Source of the DNA: an uncultured bacterium
GTDB taxonomy: Bacteria > Krumholzibacteriota > Krumholzibacteriia > LZORAL124-64-63
DNA length: 64,000 nucleotides
Reading direction: 5' to 3'
Assembly (NCBI GenBank): GCA_963732385.1
Contig: CAVSZB010000004.1
Coordinates: 128,001 to 192,000 of the forward strand
In this document: positions 1-9,994 of the stretch, one piece after another
Position numbering within the stretch: position 1 is the stretch's first letter
How the letters are laid out: every line of letters begins with the position of its first letter
Translations under genes and position numbers: made by a program
The notes under the pieces: model-generated
The model's database searches: none
The model's input: the letters and a program-made list of their open reading frames with translations, nothing else
Told to the model about the DNA's origin: nothing

Positions 1-1
1 G

Positions 2-1270
2 GCCACGGCGCGCCTGGCCGTCACTGGGGCGGAGGCGCAACTGACCCTTTTCCCGCTGCCGTCGCCGGGGGGGGCGGCCGCCCTGCCGCGGCGGTCCCGC
101 GCCAGCGCCGGCGGTCTGCCCCTGCCGCGCCCGGTCCCGGTGCCAGGAGTTCCGGGGGCGGTCGGGGTCTCGGCCGAATTCCTGGCCTGCTGCGACACGG
201 CGCTCGCCGTGGCGGCGGCCGACGTGAACGTCCTCATGTATGGCGAGAGCGGGACCGGCAAGGAGATCCTGGCGCGGGCCGTCCATCTGGCGAGCTCGCG
301 CCGGGACCGGGCCTTCCTGGGGGAGAACTGCGCCGCCCTGCCCGAGGGTCTGCTCGAGAGCGAGCTGTTCGGACACCGGGCCGGCGCGTTCACGGGGGCC
401 GCGCAGGAAAAGGCCGGCCTGCTCGAAGCCGCCAGCGGGGGCACCTTCTTCCTGGACGAGATCGGCGACATGCCTCTGGCGCTGCAGATCAAACTGCTGA
501 GGGTGATGCAGGAGCAGCAGGTGCGGCGGATCGGGGAGCTGGAAAGCCGTCCGGTGAACCTGCGCTGGATCGCGGCCACGCACAAGGATCTCAACGCGGA
601 GATCGCCGTCGGGCGCTTCCGGCTCGACCTGTTCTACCGCCTGCACGTCGTCCGCATCACCATTCCGCCGCTGCGGCTCCGGCCCGAGGACGTGCCGCAC
701 CTGCTGGCGTACTTCCTGCGGCGCCACGGAGGCGAGTCGGCGGGCCGGCGCATCCAGGAGACGGCGCTGGCCGCGCTTCAGGCGCACAGCTGGCCCGGCA
801 ACGCGCGCGAGTTGGAAAACGAGGCGCGGCGCCTGCTTGCGCTGCACGGCGAGGCGCCGGTCATCCGCGTCGAGCATCTCTCGCCGGAGGTGCGTGGTGC
901 GGCGATCCGGCAGGTCAGCGGGGACGATCTGGGACTGCTGCGCCCGCTCAGCGAGGCTGCGGTGTTGCTCGAACGTCATCTCATCCGCAAGGCGGTGGAG
1001 GCGTGCGCGGGGCGCAAGGCCGCCGCGGCGCGGCGGCTTGGCCTGTCGCGGCAGGGGCTGTACCGCAAGATCCGCCGGTACGGTCTGTTTGACCTGCTGC
1101 CGGGCGCGGTGGGGGAGGCGGCGGGGATGGCGAACAGGGCGCTGGCCGACGCTGACGGCGATGCGGACGGGGAGCCGGCGGCCGCCATCGCCGCCGCCGG
1201 CTTCAGCCCTGATGGATCGGCTACTCGAACAGCACCATTGTCTTTGTCGAAGTCTGTCCGGTCGCCGTGA
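2..1270 (+). CDS. Sigma54-dependent transcriptional activator (bEBP, AAA+ plus Fis HTH), 5' truncated by the window
   Basis: Walker [22 protein letters not shown] loop, Walker [33 protein letters not shown]. The frame is open back to base 2. Confidence 0.93.
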   Translation, partial: ATARLAVTGAEAQLTLFPLPSPGGAAALPRRSRASAGGLPLPRPVPVPGVPGAVGVSAEFLACCDTALAVAAADVNVLMYGESGTGKEILARAVHLASSRRDRAFLGENCAALPEGLLESELFGHRAGAFTGAAQEKAGLLEAASGGTFFLDEIGDMPLALQIKLLRVMQEQQVRRIGELESRPVNLRWIAATHKDLNAEIAVGRFRLDLFYRLHVVRITIPPLRLRPEDVPHLLAYFLRRHGGESAGRRIQETALAALQAHSWPGNARELENEARRLLALHGEAPVIRVEHLSPEVRGAAIRQVSGDDLGLLRPLSEAAVLLERHLIRKAVEACAGRKAAAARRLGLSRQGLYRKIRRYGLFDLLPGAVGEAAGMANRALADADGDADGEPAAAIAAAGFSPDGSATRTAPLSLSKSVRSP

Positions 1271-2936
1271 GACGGTAGAAGTAGACGCCGGCAGCCACGC
1301 GACGGCCGCCTTCATCGGCGCCGTTCCAGGTGACGAAGTGCTCGCCGGCGGCGTGCTCTCCGCGCGCGAGGCGGCGCACCAGGCGCCCCGCCAGATCGTA
1401 CACCGTCAAGTCGGCTGGTCCCGCGACCGGCAGCGAGAAGCGGATGGTCGTGGCGCCGCCGAACGGGTTGGGGGAGTTCAGGCCGAGCGTGGCGGTCATG
1501 ACGCCGGACCGCGGATCGGGCTGAGCCGCGGTCACGTGCGCGAACCAGCCGATATCCTCGAACAGTTCGCGCGCCAGGTCGACATCCTGCGTCAGGTCGA
1601 GGTTGATGGCCGGTTCCATGAGCAGGTTCGGCGTGGCCGAGACATCCCAGTGCGAGATCGAGGAGCCCGCTACGAAGGGATTCGGCGCGTACATCAGGGG
1701 GTGTCCCTGATCGTCGCCGCCGGAGAGCCGGACGGGGTCGAGGGCAATCCTGACCTGTACTCCTGACGCGAGCTGGGCCCGGATCAGGTTGCCGTCCGCC
1801 TGGGTCAAGCTGACGACCGGGATGACGATCGTGGGATCGCTCCCGCCCATGCCGGGCGGCGTGGATGAGATCGCGTTGTCGACGATGATCACGCCGATGG
1901 CGCCGGCGTTCTGGGCGATGAGCACCTTGCTCGTGTAGGTGCAGGTCCCGCGGTCGATCAGCGCGATGTTGCCGGCCATGGCCGCGCCGTTGACAAGCGC
2001 CGTGCAGGCATCGCTGGTGGTGCCGACGCCGTCGTTCGCCTGCACGACCAGACCCGCCACGCCGGGGTCGTTCAGCGGTGCGCCAAAGGCGGCCGTGCCG
2101 GCCAGATAGTCGCCGGCGATCGCGGCGGGGCTGTCCACGAACAGCGTCGGTCGCGGTGAAAGCGTGCCGCGAGCCCGCTGGTGCACGGCCGGGCCGTCCC
2201 ACACCAGATTGCCGGTGTTGATGGCGGAGGCTGCGCGCTCGACGGCGCTCATCTGGTTCCAGTGCAGACCGGTCGTTTTGTCGAGCAGGTACTGATCGAA
2301 GACGGAGGGGAAGCTGCCCAGGTAGCCTCCGGTCGATCCGTTCGTGGTCGTGCTGAAGCCAAGGCCGTGCCCCAACTCGTGCAGAACGACCGCCAGCAGG
2401 TCAATGAGCACCCCTTCGTTGCCGTCGAACCCGTAGTACCAGCCGCTGCCGCTGAGGCAGGTCGGCTGGCCCAGGTTGGCGTTGAAGCGCGCGGTGATGT
2501 CGTAGCCGGCCGGATCCATGTCGTAGCCGGCCCGCTGGTTGCCGAGCGCCACGTGGTACCAGGCGCCGGGAAACTCCGCCCCGGTGAAGTCGCGGAACAC
2601 CGATATCGGCCCGGCGCTGCCCAGGACCGCGCTGGTGGCGGTGCAGGTGAGGGGATCGAAGGCGGCCTGCACGAGGATTGGCACGTGGCCCGGCAGGATG
2701 GCGCCCCAGATGTTGGCCGCGGTCTGGAAGACGTTGAGGCGCTGCTGGCCGATGGTGACGCCGGGGTTGCCGCCGACGGGGGCTGCCGGCGTGGGGTCGT
2801 TGAACCCCTCCCCGGCCCCGTCGATGTTGATGATCGTGATCGTGACGGCGAACGCGGCCGAGGCCGTCAGGGCGAGTCCGAAGGCCAAAGCAACGGCCAG
2901 CGTTCGTCGGCTGGAAGCGCGATGGAGAGCATGCAT
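1221..2936 (-). CDS. Secreted Zn metallopeptidase with PA domain and C-terminal FlgD-Ig / T9SS type A CTD-like domain
   Basis: Signal peptide ending [14 protein letters not shown] zinc motif; PA domain ([26 protein letters not shown]); C-terminus SPNPF...[10 protein letters not shown]...[16 protein letters not shown]. Confidence 0.85.
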   Translation of the reverse strand: MHALHRASSRRTLAVALAFGLALTASAAFAVTITIINIDGAGEGFNDPTPAAPVGGNPGVTIGQQRLNVFQTAANIWGAILPGHVPILVQAAFDPLTCTATSAVLGSAGPISVFRDFTGAEFPGAWYHVALGNQRAGYDMDPAGYDITARFNANLGQPTCLSGSGWYYGFDGNEGVLIDLLAVVLHELGHGLGFSTTTNGSTGGYLGSFPSVFDQYLLDKTTGLHWNQMSAVERAASAINTGNLVWDGPAVHQRARGTLSPRPTLFVDSPAAIAGDYLAGTAAFGAPLNDPGVAGLVVQANDGVGTTSDACTALVNGAAMAGNIALIDRGTCTYTSKVLIAQNAGAIGVIIVDNAISSTPPGMGGSDPTIVIPVVSLTQADGNLIRAQLASGVQVRIALDPVRLSGGDDQGHPLMYAPNPFVAGSSISHWDVSATPNLLMEPAINLDLTQDVDLARELFEDIGWFAHVTAAQPDPRSGVMTATLGLNSPNPFGGATTIRFSLPVAGPADLTVYDLAGRLVRRLARGEHAAGEHFVTWNGADEGGRRVAAGVYFYRLTATGQTSTKTMVLFE

Positions 2937-2939
2937 GGC

Positions 2940-3416
2940 CTACTGCTCCTCCGGTTCGGGGGAGAGGGCCGGGGCGGCGGCGCCGTCCGCAACGATACGG
3001 GCGGCGGCGTCCGCCTCGTGCACGCAAGTGAGGTTCAGTTTCCCGTGCGCGTCACGGGTCGCCAGCAGGTAGTCCATGAGCAGCCCGTCGAGGCGGATCA
3101 TGATGCCGCCTCCCGGCATCTCTTCCTCGAAGAGAGGCTGATCCGAGAGCAGGGCGGCGCCGAACTCCTCGAGCATCAGTTCGTGGCGCTGCGCGAGCGT
3201 GGGCACGGTGAGCGCGCCCGTTTCCGGATCGCGCGCCACGATCATGCCGCCGCCCGCAGACGGCGGCGCGGGGATCGACGCTGGGACGACGACCGGCGCC
3301 GGCGCGGTCTCGGGAGGTTCTCCGGCCGTCGCCGGGAGTGGGCTGACCAGGATGCCGGTCACTAGCAGAAGCGGCAGCAGGCCCCACAAGAGCCGATTGC
3401 TGGCGTATTGCATCAC
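2940..3416 (-). CDS. Small secreted protein resembling the post-PEP-CTERM-1-type family; co-transcribed with the peptidase
   Basis: GGAGG RBS; signal peptide; Pro-rich linker; ARDPETG..P..AQ motif; C-terminal RDAHGKL..C; 3 bp gap to the peptidase start. Confidence 0.65.
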   Translation of the reverse strand: MMQYASNRLLWGLLPLLLVTGILVSPLPATAGEPPETAPAPVVVPASIPAPPSAGGGMIVARDPETGALTVPTLAQRHELMLEEFGAALLSDQPLFEEEMPGGGIMIRLDGLLMDYLLATRDAHGKLNLTCVHEADAAARIVADGAAAPALSPEPEEQ

Positions 3417-3649
3417 AGGTGTCCTCCAGATGTCTGATGGCGCCGTCGCCCGCTACGGGGACTGCCGGCCGGCACATCTATTATAGAGAATATGCTGTCG
3501 TTTGGCCTGGCAAATCTGCGACCACCCCGCCGGCAGGTGGCGAAGCCCCTGAAAGCCGGCCGGATCCGGAGCCATGCGACGGCGTCGGCGGGGGGAAATC
3601 CGCGAGCGCCCGCTCGACAGCGCCTGGCGTGCACGCTATTTTCCTGCAC

Positions 3650-5272
3650 ATGACAGCCCGCCTTCGCCTTTTTTTCGGTGGCATCCTCACGCATGCCAGG
3701 CCTGACGCGGTGGATGGGTGTGCCATCGTGGCCGGCCTGATGGCTACCACGGCGATGCCTCCCTTCACCGCTACCGGCTGGCTGATCGTGCCGGCGCTGA
3801 CGCTGCTGTTCGGGCTGCTCGCGGACGCGCGGAGCCCGGCGCGCGTTGCCGGCTGGTTCGGTCTCGCCCACCAGGCGAGCCTCCTGCACTGGATCTATCT
3901 GCTCGGACCGGAGGCGACGATCTCATCGCGCGGCCTCGTGCCGGTCATGGCGACGCTGGCGGTGTTATACGCGGCGCTGGCCGCCCTCGGGTTCGGCTGG
4001 GCGTTCGCTTTGGCGCGGCGATTCTGCGGACGGGAGGTGGCGCTGATCCTGCTGCCGCTGCTCTGGACCGGCATGGAGGCGGCGCGCGGCGTGGGCGAGC
4101 TTGGGTTCCCGTGGTGTCTGAGTGGCGCCGCCTGGATCGGCACGCCGCTGTTGCCTCTGGCGGCCACCGCCGGGGAGCTGGGGCTTGGCGCGGCGACGGC
4201 GTTGACGGCGCTGGCGTTCGTGGCGGCGCGGGATCTGACGCGGGGGCTGGCGGCGGCGGGAGGGCCGCGGGCCTGGCGCCGCGCGGCGATCGCTTTGGCC
4301 GCCGCCGCCTGGGTTGGGCTGGGGCTCGGCGCGGGGGTGACCGCCCGGACGCCATCCGCCGGCGGGACCACCTCCCGTGAGCCGCTGCGCGTGGCCGTGA
4401 TCCAGGCCAATGTCGCGCTGGCCGACAAGTGGGACGCAGCGAAAATCGATTCCACTATCGTCCCCTATTCGCGGTTGACGGCGCGCGCGGCGCGCGAGGG
4501 GGCGCAACTCGTGGTCTGGGCCGAGACCGCGGTGCCGGACTACCTGATCCATATCCCGTCCCTGTTGACGTGGGTCCGCCACACGGCGCAGGACAACCAC
4601 GTCGCCATCTTCCTCGGCTATCCCCACGCCACGCTCGCCGCAGGCGGCGGGGAGCCGCTGCGCTTCAACGGCGCCGGGCTGTTCCGAGCCGACGGTCGTC
4701 TGGAGGACTTCTACGCCAAGTCCCATCTGCTGCCGTTCGGCGAGAAGATGCCGTTCTCGGCCCTCGTGCCGGCGATTTCGCGGGTCGATTTCGGACAGGC
4801 CGAGTGGACACAAGGCGCCCTGCCGACCCCGATGACCCTCAGGACCCCGGGCGGGGACTATCGGCTGTCCGGTCTGATCTGCTTCGAGTCGATCTTTCCG
4901 GGGCTGTCACGGGTGGCGGTGCGTCGGGGGGCGGAGCTGCTCGTGAACATCACCAACGACGGCTGGTTCGGCGTGACGGCCGGTCCGCGGCAGCATGCCG
5001 AAATGGCCCGTCTGCGCGCCGCGGAGTGCGGCGTGCCGCTGGTGCGCTGCGCCAACAACGGCATCAGCTTCGTGACCGACGCGCGGGGGCGGATCCTGGC
5101 GCGCGCCGGCCTGCGGCAGCGCGCAATCGTTGCGGCCGATGTCATGCCCGGCCCGGGCGGCACCCTCTTCGCGCGCTGGGGATCGCGGCCGGTGTGGGCC
5201 GTGCTTATCCTCTGGAGCGCCCTGGCGACGTTGTTGACCCGGACCCGCACCCGGAACCGGAGCGCCCCGTGA
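3650..5272 (+). CDS. lnt: Apolipoprotein N-acyltransferase
   Basis: Multiple TM segments; GFPW, VVWAET, YAKSHLLPFGE, ICFESIF, NITNDGWFG and NNGIS motifs. ATG 3650 chosen over the longer ORF start. Confidence 0.93.
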   Translation: MTARLRLFFGGILTHARPDAVDGCAIVAGLMATTAMPPFTATGWLIVPALTLLFGLLADARSPARVAGWFGLAHQASLLHWIYLLGPEATISSRGLVPVMATLAVLYAALAALGFGWAFALARRFCGREVALILLPLLWTGMEAARGVGELGFPWCLSGAAWIGTPLLPLAATAGELGLGAATALTALAFVAARDLTRGLAAAGGPRAWRRAAIALAAAAWVGLGLGAGVTARTPSAGGTTSREPLRVAVIQANVALADKWDAAKIDSTIVPYSRLTARAAREGAQLVVWAETAVPDYLIHIPSLLTWVRHTAQDNHVAIFLGYPHATLAAGGGEPLRFNGAGLFRADGRLEDFYAKSHLLPFGEKMPFSALVPAISRVDFGQAEWTQGALPTPMTLRTPGGDYRLSGLICFESIFPGLSRVAVRRGAELLVNITNDGWFGVTAGPRQHAEMARLRAAECGVPLVRCANNGISFVTDARGRILARAGLRQRAIVAADVMPGPGGTLFARWGSRPVWAVLILWSALATLLTRTRTRNRSAP

Positions 5273-5805
5273 ATCTGCTCGACCCCCTGCGCCACGCGCA
5301 CAAATTCTGTCCCCGCTGCGCCGCCGCCATGACCTGCCGGAGCGACAACGGTCTGGTGCGTCCCAGCTGTCCGGAATGCGGCTACATCCAGTACCTCAAC
5401 CCGGCGCCGGCGGCGGCCGCGATCCTGCTGCGCGCGGGGAAGCTCTGCCTCGTGCAGCGGAAGTTTCCGCCGAAGGTGGGCCTCTGGACCCTGCCGGCCG
5501 GCTTCCAGGAGTACGACGAGGAGATCGGCGACTGCGCCGTGCGCGAGGTGCGCGAGGAGACCGGACTCGAGGTCGAGCTCGACGGGCTGTTCGCCGTGCA
5601 CACCGGCGTGCTGCCACCCGATCGTCCGGTGCTGCTGGTGGTTTATCGCGCGCGGGAAACGGGTGGGGTGCTGCAGGCCGGTGACGACGCCGCGGCCGTC
5701 GGCTTTTTCGATTTCGACGCACTGCCGGGCGAGATCGCCTTCGCGGCGCATCGCAAGGTGCTGGCCGCCCTGCGCGCCGAACGCGACCGCGGAGGGCGGA
5801 CATGA
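5269..5805 (+). CDS. NUDIX hydrolase with N-terminal zinc ribbon
   Basis: FCPRC...CPECG ribbon; Nudix box GFQEYDEEIGDCAVREVREETGL; GTGA overlap with the lnt stop. Confidence 0.9.
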   Translation: MNLLDPLRHAHKFCPRCAAAMTCRSDNGLVRPSCPECGYIQYLNPAPAAAAILLRAGKLCLVQRKFPPKVGLWTLPAGFQEYDEEIGDCAVREVREETGLEVELDGLFAVHTGVLPPDRPVLLVVYRARETGGVLQAGDDAAAVGFFDFDALPGEIAFAAHRKVLAALRAERDRGGRT

Positions 5806-6416
5806 ACGGAGCCGGCGGCGCCGTCGCGGTTGCCGTCCTGCTGTCCGGCAGCGGGCGCACGCTCGAGAATTTCCTGCGCCGCATCGCCGCCGGCACGTTG
5901 CCGATCCGTATCGTGGCGGTGGTGGCGAGTCGTCCCGACGCACGCGGGGTGGAGATCGCGGGTGCGGCCGGGCTGCCGGTCGCGGTCTTCCGGCGGCGGG
6001 ATCATGCCGACCCGTCGGCCCACAGCGACGCCATCAACCGGTGGCTCTTGCCGCACGCGCCGCGGATGATCCTGCTGGCCGGCTACCTCTGCCCATATTT
6101 CGCGCCCTCGGGATTCCCCGGTCCGGTGCTCAACATCCACCCCGCGCTGTTGCCGAAGTTCGGCGGCCGGGGCATGTACGGCGACCGGGTGCACGCCGCC
6201 GTCCTGGCCGCCGGAGAGACCGAGAGCGGCTGCACGGTGCACCGGGTGGACGACCAGTACGATCACGGGGAGATTCTCGCCCGGCGTCGCGTGCCGGTCC
6301 TGCCGGGCGATGACGCGCACGCTCTCGCAGCCCGAGTCTTTGCCGCCGAGAGCGAGCTCTACCCGGAAGTCGTGGCGCGGCTGGCTCGGGAAATACAGGG
6401 CGATCCAAGACGCTGA
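5802..6416 (+). CDS. purN: Phosphoribosylglycinamide formyltransferase
   Basis: LSGSGRTL, LAGY, NIHPALLPKFGG.G, SGCTVH..D..YD.G motifs. Confidence 0.93.
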   Translation: MNGAGGAVAVAVLLSGSGRTLENFLRRIAAGTLPIRIVAVVASRPDARGVEIAGAAGLPVAVFRRRDHADPSAHSDAINRWLLPHAPRMILLAGYLCPYFAPSGFPGPVLNIHPALLPKFGGRGMYGDRVHAAVLAAGETESGCTVHRVDDQYDHGEILARRRVPVLPGDDAHALAARVFAAESELYPEVVARLAREIQGDPRR

Positions 6417-6479
6417 CGCTGACGCCGCCCCGGCGCGTTGCAGAGGGCCGGCCGGGCGATGCGGCGCCCCTCCCGTCCG

Positions 6480-7961
6480 TCACGGTCCGTCAGTGTCCAC
6501 CACATCATCCGCAGGGGCCGTTTCCGCCAGCGGCGTCGCCGAGCCGGTCATCAGGTAACGGTGCATGGCGGTGGCGGCGCTGCGTCCGGCGCCCATGGCC
6601 AGGATCACGGTGGCGCCGCCGGTGACGATGTCGCCGCCGGCGAACAGTCCCGGCAGCGACGTCTGCAAGGTCTGCGGGTCGACGACAATCGTGCCGCGCG
6701 GAGTACGCTCGATCTCGGGGCAGTCGGCCAGCAGCAGCGGGTTGGGGCCCTGGCCGATGGCGATCACCACGGTGTCCACCTCGAACACCTTCAGTGCGCC
6801 GGCGATCGGCACGGGACGGCGACGCCCCGAGGCGTCCGGCTCTCCGAGTTCCATCTGCTGACACTCGATCGCGGCCACGGCACCCTTGCCGTTGTCGATG
6901 ATCCGCGTGGGGGAGTGCAGAAGTTTGAAGTCGATCCCCTCCTGCTCGGCGTGGTGGATCTCTTCCTGGCGCGCGGGCATCTCGAGGCGGCTTCGCCGGT
7001 AGATAAGGTGCACCACTTCCGGACGGAGGCGCTTCGACGTGCGGGCGGAATCCATGGCGGTGTTGCCCGCCCCGACGACCGCGATGCGCCGGATCGGCTT
7101 CACCGGTGTGTCGTTGTCGGGGAACTTGTAGGCCCCCATCAGATTCACGCGCGTGAGAAACTCGTTGGCCGAGTAGACGCCGTTGAGGTTCTCGCCCGGG
7201 ATGTTCAGGAACCACGGCAGGCCGGCGCCGGTGCCGACGAACACCGCGTCGAAACGCTCGCGGATCGAGGTCAGAGATTCCGCCTTCCCGACGGGGTAGT
7301 TCATCACGAACTTCACACCCATTTTTTTGAGGCCGTCGATCTCCCTCACCAGGGTCAGCTTCGGCAGGCGGAATTCGGGGATGCCGTAGAACAGGACTCC
7401 GCCCGGCCGGTGCAGAGCCTCGAAGACCGTCACTTCGTGGCCGCGCTGCACCAGGTCGCTGGCGCAGGTCAGGCCGGCCGGCCCGGAACCGATGATCGCC
7501 ACCGTCCTGCCGGTCGGCGCGGCGATGTCCGGGGTGACGTTGATGTCGTGCTTGAGGGCGTAGTCGCCCAGAAAACGCTCGAGCCGTCCCACGCCTCCCG
7601 GTTCGCCCTTTTTGGTGAGACGGCACACCGCTTCGCACTGGTCTTCCTGGGGGCAGACGCGGCCGCAGATAGCCGGCAGGAAGTTCATCTCCTTGATCTT
7701 GCGCAGCGCGCCCTCGAAGTCGCCGGTCATGACGAGTTGCTGGAACGCCGGAATGTCCACGCCGACCGGGCAGCCCTGCACGCACGGCTTGTCCCGGCAG
7801 AGCAGGCAGCGCTGCGCCTCCTGCACCGCCTCATCGGGCGTATAGCCGAGCGGCACCTCTTCGAAGTTGAAGATGCGCTCGCCCGGCGGCTGTTCGCGCA
7901 TCGGCACCTTTACGGTGCTGCGGTTGAGGACGCGCCGGGGCTTGCCGGTCTCGTCGGTCAT
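6480..7961 (-). CDS. nfnB: NfnB/SudA-type (GltD-like) flavoprotein, large subunit of electron-bifurcating transhydrogenase
   Basis: CLLC...CVQGCP and CGRVCPQEDQCE Fe-S motifs; GSGPAG and GAGNTAMD; adjacent to nfnA; no gltB in the window. Confidence 0.85.
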   Translation of the reverse strand: MTDETGKPRRVLNRSTVKVPMREQPPGERIFNFEEVPLGYTPDEAVQEAQRCLLCRDKPCVQGCPVGVDIPAFQQLVMTGDFEGALRKIKEMNFLPAICGRVCPQEDQCEAVCRLTKKGEPGGVGRLERFLGDYALKHDINVTPDIAAPTGRTVAIIGSGPAGLTCASDLVQRGHEVTVFEALHRPGGVLFYGIPEFRLPKLTLVREIDGLKKMGVKFVMNYPVGKAESLTSIRERFDAVFVGTGAGLPWFLNIPGENLNGVYSANEFLTRVNLMGAYKFPDNDTPVKPIRRIAVVGAGNTAMDSARTSKRLRPEVVHLIYRRSRLEMPARQEEIHHAEQEGIDFKLLHSPTRIIDNGKGAVAAIECQQMELGEPDASGRRRPVPIAGALKVFEVDTVVIAIGQGPNPLLLADCPEIERTPRGTIVVDPQTLQTSLPGLFAGGDIVTGGATVILAMGAGRSAATAMHRYLMTGSATPLAETAPADDVVDTDGP

Positions 7962-8806
7962 CGCGGTTCCTCCAGACGGCAGGCGTGGTCGCGGTCGCGA
8001 GCCACGGCTTCTTCATCGCGGTAATAGGCGAGACGCGTCATCAGTTCGTCGAAGTCCACCTCGTGGCCGTTGAACTCCGGGCCCTCCACGCAGGCGAAGC
8101 GGGTCTTGCCGCCCACCGTGACGCGGCAGGCGCCGCACATCCCGGTGCCGTCCACCATGATCGGGTTGAGAGAGGCCTGGCTCGGGATGCCGAGCTCCTG
8201 GGTGAGTTTGCAGACGAACTTCATCATGATCACGGGGCCGATCGCGATAACCTCGTCGATCTTCTCGCCCCCCTCGACCAGCGCGCGCAGGGCGTCGGTG
8301 ACCAGCCCCTTGCGACCGTGCGAGCCGTCGTCGGTGGTGACGATCAGCAGGTCGCAGTGGGCTCCGACCTCTGATTCGAGGATCAAAAGTTCCTTCGTGC
8401 GCGCCCCGAGGATGGCGATTACCCGGTTGCCGGCCGCCTTCAGCGCCTGTACCTGCGGCCAGACCACGGCGATGCCGATGCCGCCGCCGACACAGCAGAC
8501 GGTGCGGCCGCCGGTCGGGATGTCGGTGGGACGGCCGAGTGGACCCGCCAGGTCGAGAATCTCGTCGCCGGGGAGCAGCGCGTTCAGGAGGTGCGTAGTG
8601 TGGCCCACCTCTGCTGCCACGAGCGTGATCGTACCGCGGCCGGGGTCGCGGTGGGCGATCGTCAACGGGATCCGCTCGCCGTTGTCGACGACTCGCAGGA
8701 TGACGAACTGTCCGGCACGACCCCGCTCGGCGATGTGGGGGGCCTCGACCTCGAACAGCATCTGCTTCGGGGCCAGCTCACGGGCGGCGACGATTTTGTT
8801 GCCCAA
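7958..8806 (-). CDS. nfnA: NfnA/SudB small subunit (FAD, [2Fe-2S])
   Basis: GQFVILR..GERIPLTI, GGGIGIA, MVDGTGMCGACRV...CVEGPEF; TTG start after GGAGGAG. Confidence 0.88.
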   Translation of the reverse strand: MGNKIVAARELAPKQMLFEVEAPHIAERGRAGQFVILRVVDNGERIPLTIAHRDPGRGTITLVAAEVGHTTHLLNALLPGDEILDLAGPLGRPTDIPTGGRTVCCVGGGIGIAVVWPQVQALKAAGNRVIAILGARTKELLILESEVGAHCDLLIVTTDDGSHGRKGLVTDALRALVEGGEKIDEVIAIGPVIMMKFVCKLTQELGIPSQASLNPIMVDGTGMCGACRVTVGGKTRFACVEGPEFNGHEVDFDELMTRLAYYRDEEAVARDRDHACRLEEPR

Positions 8807-9125
8807 GGCGTTCTCCTCCGGCGGTGGCCGGACCGGAGGGCGCTGCGCGCCCAGCGGCCGGCAACGGGAATAACGCAACGGAATCGCGGGAGTTTAAGGC
8901 GAAAGTCCTTCCCTGACCAGCCCTTCAAATTTAGTTCCGGCGAAGCGACTGTTTCACCCGCGTGAACCGGCGTCTCCTTCCGCGACGACTAGAGAGCGCT
9001 CGTTTCAGCCGGCCGGTCAACCGGCAGCGGCTCCGGATGTCCCACCCGGGCGACGGCGCTGCAAAGCCCCCACGCGGTCGAAACCGGCGCAAGGCTTCAA
9101 TTTCGTGTGGCGGCCGGCGACAGAC

Positions 9126-9268
9126 AAGAAAATAAGGGCCGACCGGTGGTGGATGCGATCAGGACGAACCGGGGGGACTTCGGTCGTCAGATCGCCGGCG
9201 CGGGCGCGCCGTTCCAGCCGGGTGGTCGGCCCTTGGAATTTGGAAACTGCCCGTTCGCGGACAGGTGG
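9126..9268 (-). ncRNA. Candidate structured small RNA or leader (unassigned)
   Basis: Perfect 11-bp closing helix 9134-9144/9224-9234 with nested helices, an upstream hairpin, a U-rich 3' tail on the minus strand and an upstream sigma54-like motif. Confidence 0.4.
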
Positions 9269-9278
9269 AGGCCTGCAA

Positions 9279-9294
9279 AGCAACCGTCATGCCC
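9279..9294 (-). promoter_or_regulatory. Putative sigma54 (-24/-12) promoter
   Basis: Minus strand reads GGGCATGACGGTTGCT versus consensus TGGCACG-N4-TTGCW; exact GG-N10-GC spacing. Confidence 0.5.
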
Positions 9295-9336
9295 GACAGG
9301 ATGCCGTGCGGCGCAGAGCGCCGTCGCCGGGCCGTC

Positions 9337-9365
9337 TTGACCGCGCCGGGGGTCGCGCCTATGGT
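9337..9365 (+). promoter_or_regulatory. Putative sigma70 promoter of folE
   Basis: TTGACC-17 bp-TATGGT. Confidence 0.5.
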
Positions 9366-9426
9366 GGGCCCGGTCGGTCGCCGCGGAGGGACCGGCACTG
9401 TCCGACGCGAAGGGATGTGGGCAGAC

Positions 9427-9981
9427 ATGGAAGAGTTGATCCGGAGCCTGCTGGTGAAAATCGACGAGGATCCCCGGCGGGAGGGACTCGTGGAGACCCC
9501 CGCCCGCGTGGCGCGGGCATGGCGGGAACTGACGGCCGGCTACCGCATCGACGCCGACGCGCTGGTGCAGAAGGCGCTGTTCACGTCCAGCGGCAAGGAG
9601 ATGGTGCTCGTCAACGACATCGATTTCTACAGCATGTGCGAACATCATCTCCTGCCGTTCTTCGGCAAGGCCCACGTGGCCTACATCCCCAGCGGGAAAA
9701 TCGTCGGGTTGTCGAAGATCGCGCGCGTGGTGGAGGCGTTCGCGCGCCGTCTGCAGGTGCAGGAACGGATGACCGCGCAAATCGCCGAATGCCTGCACCG
9801 GAATCTGCAGGCGGATGGCGTGGGGGTCATCCTGCACGCCCAGCACCTGTGCATGATGATGCGCGGAGTCCAGAAGCAGAACAGCTTCGCGGTCACGAGC
9901 GAAATGCTCGGTGAGTTTCGCGACAACGCCAAGACCCGCGCCGAATTCCTCACGCTCATCGGCGAGAAGACCTGGAACTAG
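9427..9981 (+). CDS. folE: GTP cyclohydrolase I
   Basis: [41 protein letters not shown]. Start is 9427 or 9415. Confidence 0.96.
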   Translation: MEELIRSLLVKIDEDPRREGLVETPARVARAWRELTAGYRIDADALVQKALFTSSGKEMVLVNDIDFYSMCEHHLLPFFGKAHVAYIPSGKIVGLSKIARVVEAFARRLQVQERMTAQIAECLHRNLQADGVGVILHAQHLCMMMRGVQKQNSFAVTSEMLGEFRDNAKTRAEFLTLIGEKTWN

Positions 9982-9994
9982 GCGCCGTGGGCGG

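Noticed and set aside
3509..3524. Minus-strand TGGTCGCAGATTTGCC as a sigma54 promoter for the peptidase operon
   Set aside because: Spacing is right but the -24 element is poor; GG-N10-GC is common by chance here, and a TATAAT lies nearby.
6480..7961. Glutamate synthase small subunit
   Set aside because: No large subunit is adjacent; pairing with an NfnA-type gene indicates NfnAB/SudAB.
8953..8966. TTCAC-N4-GTGAA palindrome upstream of nfnA as a Rex operator
   Set aside because: The half-sites are in the opposite orientation to the Rex consensus TTGTGAA-N4-TTCACAA.
9134..9234. SRP RNA, tRNA or Y RNA identity for the structured element
   Set aside because: No SRP domain IV (CAGG..GGAA..AGCAG), no proper T-loop or CCA end, and no Ro/rsr gene nearby.
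9121..9426. Folate-sensing riboswitch upstream of folE
   Set aside because: The structure lies upstream of the putative folE promoter and has minus-strand polarity; no riboswitch consensus recognised.
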